DNA from: an uncultured Smithella sp.
Lineage (GTDB): Bacteria > Desulfobacterota > Syntrophia > Syntrophales > Smithellaceae
Reading direction: 5' to 3'
DNA length: 32,000 nucleotides
Assembly (NCBI GenBank): GCA_964469905.1
Contig: CAYXZW010000004.1
Location: forward strand, 44,173-76,172
The translations under genes were made by a program, and so were the position numbers. Of the stretch, positions 7,663-15,734 are shown in pieces; the first letter of the stretch is position 1; every line of letters begins with the position of its first letter. The notes beneath the pieces are model-generated. The model saw only the letters and a program-made list of their open reading frames with translations, was not told the origin of the DNA and ran no database searches.

Positions 7663-10625
7663 GCCGGCATAACCTCACTGCTTTCTTCTTTTGTTTTTTT
7701 CTCAGAATTATCTGCAAGTAATTCATCTATCAATGGAGTTACTTGCTCTTTCATGATTTTGAACTTTTCCTTAAAATACGACTGCATCTCATATTGGTTT
7801 TTTTCATCTATTACCTTCTTTTCCGTTCCAGCAGTATTCCTAAACTGTGCATCAGCATACTGCCACCACGGCCACCCCCTTTCTGATCTTCCAGATAAAA
7901 ATATTTTTTTTATTTTCTCACTGAAATCGGTGTTTTGAGCATTTATTGTGCTGTCGCATGATTGGATACCATAGAAGAGATTATCAAAATCATTAGTTCC
8001 AGCCTGAAGTGTAAGACAATATGTGCTTTTATCCTGGTCTGGTTTTTTCCAGGCTTCTTTATAGAAAGATATCCCCGCATACTTTTCCATGGTTTTTGCA
8101 TTGGTATACATCTTCCATCCATCTTTCTCAGGGAAAAGCGTTTTTAGTGTATTGGTCAGCCCATCTATCAAGTTTTGAAGTTCTCCAATGAAATGAACCT
8201 GGTAGTTGTGATCATTGCACAGTTTCTTAATCAGGGGCTCCATTTTTAAAATATTTTTGGCTAGCCCTTCCATTGTCTCATCAAAAAATATACACCTTTC
8301 ACCTGCAATAAGAGGCCAGGAACCATCGTTAATCCAATCAAAGTTACTTCCCCCTGTTTTTGTAAAGTTAGCCAAATTTGCACTCCAGATTCCGTAAAGA
8401 TTCCCCGTGTCATGACTTTTTCCGAATGCGAATTCGCAGGCGCCGCATAACATCCCCAGCTGATGCTCGAATTTCGGGTCAATTTGCTCGTTTTGCTTCA
8501 GGGAGACAACGAGGCCATCAAAGCATGGTTCCGTCGGAATAATCTGCAGCATGACGGGGGGGAGGTCATCGTCGTTTGCGCCACTTTTGCGCCATGTCGA
8601 ATGCCAGATTGAAATGGGAGCCATTTTTTCCAGTGAAATGGCTTTATTTTCAACTTTCCATACTCCTGTTTCACTCACAAGAAACTGCTCCAATACTTTG
8701 CATGCATGCGTCACAAGGTTTTTAACCGCTTCCAGATGGTTTCTGAGCATAATAAATTCAGGCAGGATCTTGTCAATTTCTTCGGTTACGAAAGATTCGT
8801 AACGAGCAAGCCATTCTGCTATACTTTTTCCTTCAAAATCATCAGATACTGTTATATTCTTAGGTATTGTGTATAGGCCACGATTTTTAATAAACGCCTT
8901 GATAATCTCCGTTTCAAAATCAGGCGGCTCTAAGTTCTTGAACATAACTGCCATATTTTTTTTCGTGCATGTAAATGCAGCAACTGCATCAAATTCTTCA
9001 ACCTTAAAAGTTAAATAAGTTTCTAACGTAATCCACTCACAATCAAGATTCCTGGACATAAACGAAAATGTCATCCCTGCTTCACTTGCCTTTTGATTGC
9101 ATTTTTCAGTAATCATTCTGAGATAATTATAGATATAAAGACCGTTATTCCAGGTTCTTCTTTCTTCCTCCATTACAAGGGGATTTGCTAATTGCATTCT
9201 TGGGATGTCATTACAGGCATCACCAATTATCACTTCCAAATCCTTCAATTTTTTAAATTTCCCCACACAATATTCAATGAAACCGTCAAGGTCATCTTGC
9301 CAGTCAAATGAAATATCGGCAATTCCACTATTGCGCCATTTTCCATCAAGTAGTTGCCACCACGGCCAATATGGTTCCGGCTTTTCCGTCTGTTCCATTA
9401 TTTTTATTGCCCTATCTGTAATGCGTGACTCCCAATCACCTAATGTCATCCAACTTTCATATTTGAGGATGCCGATATACAAGCCGTTCAAAAAATGTCC
9501 TCCGCTTTCCAGGGTGAAAGACAACAAGCCGCGCCCCCGGTAGTTATCTGACTGCGGCTGCCAATCCTTTTTGAAGACGTTAAGTTTGCCATACTGCCTA
9601 AAACCGCTTAATCGTTCCCCCTCCGGAGCGCCTACCATCCAGTCTTCTGTTTCGGGAAAGATTTCTTTCAGCTTTTCTTCCAGCCGACTGATGGTTTTCT
9701 CCACCTTTCCTGCATAGTCAATCCAGTCGAGCAGTCCGGGGAAAATTTTATCAGAAAAAGCTTCAATATTATCTTTGAATAAATCAAAACATTTTTCCAA
9801 GGAATGGCCAGCAAGTTTGTTTGTTAATGGTTCTTCCTTCAATAAAGCGACAAAATTCCAGCGCCTTGCCCCGGGAATCCTCTTGACATCTTTAAATGTT
9901 TCGCTTTTTTCTTTTTGAAAAAATGTTACAAAGGGATATTTGAGGGGATCTCCATCTGATGCTGAATCTGCATATATATCTATTGTTTTTTTCTGTGTGC
10001 TAAATTTGAATATCAGATCAACACCTGTGGCGCCTATTCTAATGGGAAAAAAGAGGACAACATCTTGAGTCGCTCCCTTCTGAATAGAAAACATGGCATT
10101 GATGGTATCCAGACGCAGCCTATATTTGCCGTTTAAATTGTTTGCCAATAGTCGAGCAGCTCCTGATATGCCGCCGTCCATATCTCCTTTATCAACGGAT
10201 TCCTTGTTCAGCATGACAAGAATGGCATCGACAGCCGCTTGAAAACGCTCGCTGCCTTCCCCTTCTAAAGCATCGACCCATTGCTTATCAGAAAGATGGT
10301 ATTTGAACGCCTCTTTTAACGGTGAATCTTCAATGCGTATCGGAAGCAACATCTTTTTATCGCTATTGGCAATATCCACTTCTTTAGCGCACTCCGCCGA
10401 TCCCATAGATGCCTCAGAAACAAGCAGGGCAAGAATGTCCGTTTCGCTAATTCCTGCCATGATGGCGTTAGCCCACTGTTGGCCTGCTCCGATATCTCGC
10501 GGGGCAATCCAACAGGAAATACCTGCGCCCTCAAGCAGATTGCATAAATACTGGGCATCATTCTTATTCTTTTCTGTTCTTGTTGTATAACTAATAAATA
10601 CTTCCTTTTTTTCTGTTCTAGCCAT
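7659..10625 (-). CDS. TIR-domain protein with a large internally repeated C-terminal region (TIR-A-B-A'-B'-B'')
   Basis: Residues ~8-125: VFISYTTRTEKN...CWIAPRDIGAGQQW...LLVSEASMGSAECAKEVDIA...LLPIRIED is a bacterial TIR_2-type pattern. The C-terminus holds three related ~150-aa modules (approx nt 9216-9683, 8211-8708, 7716-8168). Shared landmarks are LFPE(T/K)(E/D)(D/G)W, L(Y/F)(I/Y)GI and (Y/G)WPWWQ. GGAGG lies 4 nt before the ATG at 10625. Confidence 0.85.
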   Translation of the reverse strand: MARTEKKEVFISYTTRTEKNKNDAQYLCNLLEGAGISCWIAPRDIGAGQQWANAIMAGISETDILALLVSEASMGSAECAKEVDIANSDKKMLLPIRIEDSPLKEAFKYHLSDKQWVDALEGEGSERFQAAVDAILVMLNKESVDKGDMDGGISGAARLLANNLNGKYRLRLDTINAMFSIQKGATQDVVLFFPIRIGATGVDLIFKFSTQKKTIDIYADSASDGDPLKYPFVTFFQKEKSETFKDVKRIPGARRWNFVALLKEEPLTNKLAGHSLEKCFDLFKDNIEAFSDKIFPGLLDWIDYAGKVEKTISRLEEKLKEIFPETEDWMVGAPEGERLSGFRQYGKLNVFKKDWQPQSDNYRGRGLLSFTLESGGHFLNGLYIGILKYESWMTLGDWESRITDRAIKIMEQTEKPEPYWPWWQLLDGKWRNSGIADISFDWQDDLDGFIEYCVGKFKKLKDLEVIIGDACNDIPRMQLANPLVMEEERRTWNNGLYIYNYLRMITEKCNQKASEAGMTFSFMSRNLDCEWITLETYLTFKVEEFDAVAAFTCTKKNMAVMFKNLEPPDFETEIIKAFIKNRGLYTIPKNITVSDDFEGKSIAEWLARYESFVTEEIDKILPEFIMLRNHLEAVKNLVTHACKVLEQFLVSETGVWKVENKAISLEKMAPISIWHSTWRKSGANDDDLPPVMLQIIPTEPCFDGLVVSLKQNEQIDPKFEHQLGMLCGACEFAFGKSHDTGNLYGIWSANLANFTKTGGSNFDWINDGSWPLIAGERCIFFDETMEGLAKNILKMEPLIKKLCNDHNYQVHFIGELQNLIDGLTNTLKTLFPEKDGWKMYTNAKTMEKYAGISFYKEAWKKPDQDKSTYCLTLQAGTNDFDNLFYGIQSCDSTINAQNTDFSEKIKKIFLSGRSERGWPWWQYADAQFRNTAGTEKKVIDEKNQYEMQSYFKEKFKIMKEQVTPLIDELLADNSEKKTKEESSEVMPA

Positions 10626-10643
10626 AGTGCCTCCGTCAACAGA

Positions 10644-12680
10644 TTAGTTCTGCTTTTCACTATCGTTCATGAATTGTCTTTGCTTCTGCCATCCGGGACT
10701 GGCCAGAAGGTTCCTGATATTTTCAAGCATGTCCTTGTCCTTTTGCTTCTCGCTTTCAGAGAGTTGTGCATAAGGGATGATCATTGGATGGATTTTTTTC
10801 TCGTTGTTTCTTACCAGACCATAACGCCACCCATCCATAAGTCTTTCAGCCATCCACCGCCTGTGTTCCATCTCTGACAGCATTTCAAAAAAAACATGGT
10901 TGTGAGCAATATTAGCTAGAGGAGTCAAATCTTGACCATCACAACCGATAGCGCGAAGCTTGACCGAAAGATGATCAGCCGGCCAGCGATTCGCGTCCTT
11001 CATGACTTCGTTGAGTTCCTCCCATACTACCAACGAAATATTATCTCTCTTTTTCTGGGGATAATGCATCGGGTAGGCTGCATCAAGCAAGGATGCATTC
11101 AGCCGGAATAACTGTGTCTGTTCCGTAATGGTGAGCTCATGGAAAAGTTTGCTCCTTATTGAAGACGTCCGAGTTGCCAGCTTTTCAAACCTCGGTGCCA
11201 AAACCGTGCCGCGTTTCTTAAAGATTCGATCATAGAGACTTGGCATCTTCAGGATTCGATTGAGAGAGGCTATGGGATCTTGTTCCTTGAAGTCCGTCAA
11301 TTCGGGGATGTCCTTTAACACGGCATGAATAAAATCAAGAGGTTTGCTTTCTTTGAAGTCGTTTTCATTGAAAGGAATCTGAGTATTGACGTATGCTGAG
11401 TGGATTGTTCGCGCCAACTCATCTGTTACCTCGTCCATTAGGACCTGATAACCACAAGCAGCATCATAAATATTGAAACCCTGTATATTCAGGTCTAATG
11501 TATATTGCGATTCGTTTCCCTCCATGAGTTCAGACAAAGAAGATCTCATGCAGACTACAATCGGTATGTCGTCTGAGGGAAGAAGAGATCGAATCCGCAT
11601 AGCAAGAGAAACACCAGTCGAATCATCATCTAACGCAATATATACAGCAGCCGGTTTTGAACAGGTAATCTCTTCTATCGACAGAAGGCATTCGGGATCA
11701 TGATCGATAAAACGGATATTAACACCAGGGACAATAAAAGATGGAGGTTTCGCCCCATCACCATAAACCGCAAGAAACTTCTCAGAGTTTGTTTTGATAT
11801 TTCGATCAACGACGTTAATTTCCAGTCGCTGCCACTCGGCGTAATGCCCGATTCGTGCAGCCTGTTTAATGATGTGCTCTCCCATCCTGCTGAATCCAAT
11901 TATGACAAAAGAGATGGTTTTATCTGACAGTCCTTGTTTTCTGGCATACAGGTCAGGAGGGTATTTTTCCAAGATAACACGGGCAGATGTTTCGTAGATG
12001 TTGAAGATACTGGCATCGAATTCGTTATAGGTTCTTGCAAAGAGATCATGGTGGGCGAAAATTGATCGCAAACTTGAACTGGTAATATGGGTATAACAGC
12101 GCAAATTAACCGTCGAATCATTTCTGTAAGCGGTTTCTGCCAGCAGCTTTCCCTCACTTGCTATTTTAATATTGGCATTGTCACTCCCTGTGACGGCAAA
12201 AAGATATTTTGCTTTTGCAGTATTTGCTTCATCCAGCATGACCTGGTCCGAAGCGTCACCTATCAAAACTAATACACCACGTTCCCTGCAGCCCGGAATG
12301 TCGGGATGATCTTTCTTGGACTCTATAACAACCACACGGTATCCTTTTACTAGAAAACTGCTCATCAGGCGCATTCCCTTGTCTCCGAGACCGCTGATGA
12401 CCACATGGCCAGAAGTCTGCTGAAGGCGGATCAGTTCGTATTTTTCCCGAATTTGCTTCCAGAATGCCTGAATAGAACCTAGTGCTGTTCCCCCCGCCCC
12501 TAAAAACTTGGCAATAGTAAACAAGAGCTTTTGCTGCTCTGGTTTACCGACAATAATTAATATAACGCCAGTAATAACCAGAATTACAGCCGTCACCAAC
12601 AGACCGATGACCAACCACCAGGAGTATTTACGATTCCAGCGCCCAAAGGCAGTAAATGAAGAGACACTATGTTTTTTCAT
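10644..12680 (-). CDS. membrane-anchored protein with two TrkA_N/RCK-type Rossmann domains and a C-terminal RyR domain
   Basis: N-terminal TM helix WWLVIGLLVTAVILVITGVILIIVG. VVISGLGDKGMRLMSSFLVKGYRVVVIE carries GxGxxG plus an acidic beta2 end. A second copy is FVIIGFSRMGEHIIKQAARIG...INVVDRN. The C-terminus MEHRRWMAERLMDGWRYGLVRNNEKKIHPMIIPYAQLSESEKQKDKDMLENI matches the RyR-domain consensus (E..W......GW.YG......K.HP.L.PY..L.E.EK..D). The ATG at 12680 is preceded by AGGGG and lies 4 nt after the upstream TAA; the track start at 12704 is a TTG. Confidence 0.8.
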   Translation of the reverse strand: MKKHSVSSFTAFGRWNRKYSWWLVIGLLVTAVILVITGVILIIVGKPEQQKLLFTIAKFLGAGGTALGSIQAFWKQIREKYELIRLQQTSGHVVISGLGDKGMRLMSSFLVKGYRVVVIESKKDHPDIPGCRERGVLVLIGDASDQVMLDEANTAKAKYLFAVTGSDNANIKIASEGKLLAETAYRNDSTVNLRCYTHITSSSLRSIFAHHDLFARTYNEFDASIFNIYETSARVILEKYPPDLYARKQGLSDKTISFVIIGFSRMGEHIIKQAARIGHYAEWQRLEINVVDRNIKTNSEKFLAVYGDGAKPPSFIVPGVNIRFIDHDPECLLSIEEITCSKPAAVYIALDDDSTGVSLAMRIRSLLPSDDIPIVVCMRSSLSELMEGNESQYTLDLNIQGFNIYDAACGYQVLMDEVTDELARTIHSAYVNTQIPFNENDFKESKPLDFIHAVLKDIPELTDFKEQDPIASLNRILKMPSLYDRIFKKRGTVLAPRFEKLATRTSSIRSKLFHELTITEQTQLFRLNASLLDAAYPMHYPQKKRDNISLVVWEELNEVMKDANRWPADHLSVKLRAIGCDGQDLTPLANIAHNHVFFEMLSEMEHRRWMAERLMDGWRYGLVRNNEKKIHPMIIPYAQLSESEKQKDKDMLENIRNLLASPGWQKQRQFMNDSEKQN

Positions 12681-12684
12681 AAAG

Positions 12685-14493
12685 TTACCCCTGTGGAACC
12701 TCAATAGGACGTTCGCGGTGCATCAATAGCCAGTCCCCATTTTCGGCGATGGCTTCCTTACCGAGCTTGAGTAATACATCACGGCTCTGTAATTCATTGT
12801 CAGGATTTGACTCCAGGAGCTTAAGCGCCTTATTAAAGAGCGCCCCCATCCGTATGTATTGTTTCGCTTGTGCAGAAAAGAGCATTTTATCATTGTAATA
12901 ATTTATGGCACCGGCAATGACGAATGAGGCAGGTGTGGCAACTTGCATCCAATTGTCTAACAAATCGCCACCAAGCTTAAACTTGTGAATAATAAGCATT
13001 GCGGGTGTTAAAACAAACATAGCAATGCTGAAGAATACTTTAGAAATTAAGTTTAATCTTTCCATTTTTTTCTTCTGTTTAATGGCAGCATTTCTATAGT
13101 AGTGTGATTGTCCTTGCACCCAGTATGTTTTAACTGCTTGAAGAGCTTCTATATGGATGGGCTTGTTACAATCGTTGACAAAACCAGTTAAAAGATTCCA
13201 ATTCCTGATGGCTTGACGAATCCAATCAAGCTCACTCTGTTGCTTGCCCAGATAGTCAGAAGCGACAGATTCGCGCAATCCAGCCAGTCTCCAAAAAAAT
13301 TGAACGCGTAATCCTTCTGCAAGCGCCCGGTAATCGAGGAATTTTTCTTGATTTTTGCGTTGCTTTGACCAGTAGTAAACACCATAGGCGCACGCCATTG
13401 GTGCAAGATATCCTAAAATGACAATCAGTGCCGAAGAAATGCTCAGGTACATTTCAAAAAAGAAGACTATAAGCGGTACAAAACATGCGATGGCATATAG
13501 GGCGGCATAGGTATCCTTTTGAAAATGGATTGCCATAGCATCCGCAATTGCAAATCGCTCAAGCAATTCCTTCTGTGGTCCGGAAAGATCCTCCTTTGTG
13601 AACTTACTATCTGTATGCTGCCCGGGAGATGACGTTGGAATCGACATAAGCCATTCCACCGACTGCTTTGATTGTGTCGCAAGTTCATTGGCAAGCGTGA
13701 TCGCATCGCAGTTAAATGCATCAATACATGTAAAGACTCGCTGCTGCTCTTCTTCTCGAGATCCCGTGTTGTCTTCATTGAGTGGATATAGAATGTTTAC
13801 TGCAAATTGATTAAATGACGGGAATGTATCGTGCGACAGGAATTGCTGAAAAAAGCCTGTATCAGGCCTTATGGATCCATTTTCCGATTTGCGACGAGTT
13901 ACAATATGATAGACAGGACCGGTCTGGATGGGATTAAATATGATATCCTCGTTGTCAGCCCTTGTCGTATCGCCCGATAACTGAAGTTCTACGATGTCTG
14001 CTGTACCACCGAGTTTCTCATTGAGAATACCATCCCACAAGGCAATCAGAATCTGGCAATGCTCAACCATGAACTGGCCTGCTGCGAAATACTGTCGATC
14101 ACGGGCAGGTCCGTAGTCCTTGATTGAATTAATGGTGTTTCCTTGAACGATGGGAATTACAAATGATGAAAATGCTTTGGAAAGAAGCTTTGTAAAATTT
14201 TCTTTTGATGAACTGGATTCAAAGTCTCTTTCGTATTCATCTTGGGGGAGCGGCAACGGGACAATAAGTTGCATACTATTCTCGATAGCTACTTCCGCAG
14301 CAATACGGTCGGCACCTTCTGCAAGAGAGGATATTAATGAGAGGGGCGTAAATGGATACTTAGCTTTAAGATCAGCAAAAATAGATTGTACCCGCCTCTT
14401 TAACTCCTGATAATCTTCTTCGTAAATGTCACGATGCCCTGTGACACCTATCATAATGGGTACAGACGCCATTGATCTGCCTTTAATATTCAT
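12685..14493 (-). CDS. SLOG-domain (YpsA/DprA/LOG-like) protein fused to a 4-TM region ending in a SLATT-like 2TM module
   Basis: The N-terminus IGVTGHRD ... SSLAEGADRIAAEVA ... LIVPLPLPQDEYERDF ... ILIALWDG...LGGTADIVE follows the SLOG/YpsA strand-loop pattern. TM pair 1 is YAIACFVPLIVFFFEMYLSISSALIVILGYLAPMACAYGVYYW. The distal part is YYRNAAIKQKKKMERLNLISKVFFSIAMFVLTPAMLII...VATPASFVIAGAINYY...AQAKQYIRMGALFNKA, i.e. helix-TM-TM-helix as in SLATT/DUF4231. The alternative start MASV at 14472 is possible. Confidence 0.7.
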   Translation of the reverse strand: MNIKGRSMASVPIMIGVTGHRDIYEEDYQELKRRVQSIFADLKAKYPFTPLSLISSLAEGADRIAAEVAIENSMQLIVPLPLPQDEYERDFESSSSKENFTKLLSKAFSSFVIPIVQGNTINSIKDYGPARDRQYFAAGQFMVEHCQILIALWDGILNEKLGGTADIVELQLSGDTTRADNEDIIFNPIQTGPVYHIVTRRKSENGSIRPDTGFFQQFLSHDTFPSFNQFAVNILYPLNEDNTGSREEEQQRVFTCIDAFNCDAITLANELATQSKQSVEWLMSIPTSSPGQHTDSKFTKEDLSGPQKELLERFAIADAMAIHFQKDTYAALYAIACFVPLIVFFFEMYLSISSALIVILGYLAPMACAYGVYYWSKQRKNQEKFLDYRALAEGLRVQFFWRLAGLRESVASDYLGKQQSELDWIRQAIRNWNLLTGFVNDCNKPIHIEALQAVKTYWVQGQSHYYRNAAIKQKKKMERLNLISKVFFSIAMFVLTPAMLIIHKFKLGGDLLDNWMQVATPASFVIAGAINYYNDKMLFSAQAKQYIRMGALFNKALKLLESNPDNELQSRDVLLKLGKEAIAENGDWLLMHRERPIEVPQG

Positions 14494-14539
14494 CTAACGT
14501 TTCTGTTATGATAGATATGTTCACATTCTTGAGTCTTTA

Positions 14540-15688
14540 TTATAGGAGTTTTTTGCTCGCGACACTCCAAATCAAATTTATAAATGTCACAAGTTGTTCG
14601 GCAACATATTTAGCGAACCCAAGATCAGCCAATTCCGCAAATGACACTCTTTTTATGGTTTCAAAGCCAAGGTTTCCTATTTCTTCAGAGTTCAATTCAT
14701 AATAATGATCTTTAACATGAAAACCACCTTTTGAATCAAGCGCCTCTGGGATCAGGTTAAATTCATCACAAGTCTGTCTGAACAGTGGATCTCTTTTTTC
14801 GCTTTCTGAATAGATTCCCCATACAACATTTATCCTATCCAGGCGTCTCTTGGTCAGAGAGACTGAAATGAAATATTTTTCATTGATCTGCCAATAGACC
14901 CAATTCTCTTCTGCAATATCATCATCCTGCGCAATTTCATTTGGGATGAATGGCAATCGAGCAGGATCCATTGTTTCTCTAACTAATTTTAAGAATTTAA
15001 TGCCCACATTGGGCCATGCATTATCTCCAACGACAACAGGGTCACTTTGAACTATAGTCCCTTTAAAACTAATGTTTGCTTCATCTATCTCACTCTTTAC
15101 CCTCGCCTCTAAGTCCTTTGCTCGGTCAATAGAAATGCAAAGATCCCTTGTTAGGTTATTTATTGTATCTCGTTCAATATCCGTTATTTGACCATCTTCA
15201 TACGCCATACGTAGAACTTTTAATAGTGCTTCCTCATTAGATCTGTTTTCAGATTCAGTTACTTTTGTCTCCTTTTTTTCTCGTTGGCTAAATAAATCAA
15301 CTTGTTCTTTAATCCTCTCAGCGACAGAATTAAGATGATCGACTTGACTGTCTAAAATATCAATAACGTTTGGCGTAGCTAAATGATATTTAAAAGCTCG
15401 TTCAGGTGCAATGTCTTCAATCCGAACCGGAATTAATAGGCATTTATTTTGTGCAGAGAGCGTTAACTCTTTTAGGACATTTTCGCTATTCTGTGAATTT
15501 GAAGAGAATACAAGAATTACAATGGGCACATTATCGATAGCGTCGACAATTTTTTCCGCCCAATTCCCAAGGCCGATGTTATCTTTATCTCGCCAGCAGC
15601 GGACTCCATTTTTTTCAAGCAAATCCCTTAAAGTTACAACAAATTTCTCATCCTGCCTCGAGTAGCTTAAAAATACATCATAGCTCAT
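14540..15688 (-). CDS. TIR-domain protein (ThsB-like architecture: TIR plus coiled coil plus a distinct C-terminal domain)
   Basis: YDVFLSYSRQDEKFVVTLRDLLEKNGVRCWRDKDNIGLGNW...VILVFSSNSQNSENVLKELTLSA...LIPVRIEDIAPERAFKYHL is a clear TIR pattern. It is paralogous to the TIR of 7659..10625, which carries LLPIRIEDSPLKEAFKYHL. AGGGGA precedes the ATG at 15688. Confidence 0.85.
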   Translation of the reverse strand: MSYDVFLSYSRQDEKFVVTLRDLLEKNGVRCWRDKDNIGLGNWAEKIVDAIDNVPIVILVFSSNSQNSENVLKELTLSAQNKCLLIPVRIEDIAPERAFKYHLATPNVIDILDSQVDHLNSVAERIKEQVDLFSQREKKETKVTESENRSNEEALLKVLRMAYEDGQITDIERDTINNLTRDLCISIDRAKDLEARVKSEIDEANISFKGTIVQSDPVVVGDNAWPNVGIKFLKLVRETMDPARLPFIPNEIAQDDDIAEENWVYWQINEKYFISVSLTKRRLDRINVVWGIYSESEKRDPLFRQTCDEFNLIPEALDSKGGFHVKDHYYELNSEEIGNLGFETIKRVSFAELADLGFAKYVAEQLVTFINLIWSVASKKLL

Positions 15689-15734
15689 TTGTTATTCCCC
15701 TTTCTCATTTTGATCACATATACTTAAACAAAAG

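Noticed and set aside
7225-7938. 237-aa plus-strand ORF, together with the other plus-strand ORFs in the track (e.g. 2314..2709, 6430..6825, 9205..9543, 18028..18330).
   Set aside because: Each lies antisense to a long minus-strand gene with clear family motifs. They have low-complexity or odd compositions, no recognisable motifs and no convincing RBS. I treat them as shadow ORFs.
10316-10660. 114-aa minus-strand ORF spanning the junction between the TrkA_N-RyR and TIR genes. Similar alternative-frame ORFs occur inside long genes (6312..6659, 5943..6161, 8261..8482, 11675..12157, 13188..13778).
   Set aside because: They are out of frame with, and nested inside, genes that have strong domain evidence. 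There is no independent support for them.
7659-15688. Calling the TIR operon a canonical type I or type II Thoeris system.
   Set aside because: No SIR2-SLOG or 2TM-Macro ThsA-type gene is present. The SLOG is fused to TM/SLATT modules, and an extra TrkA_N-RyR gene is included. Only the general logic is shared with Thoeris, not the defined gene content.
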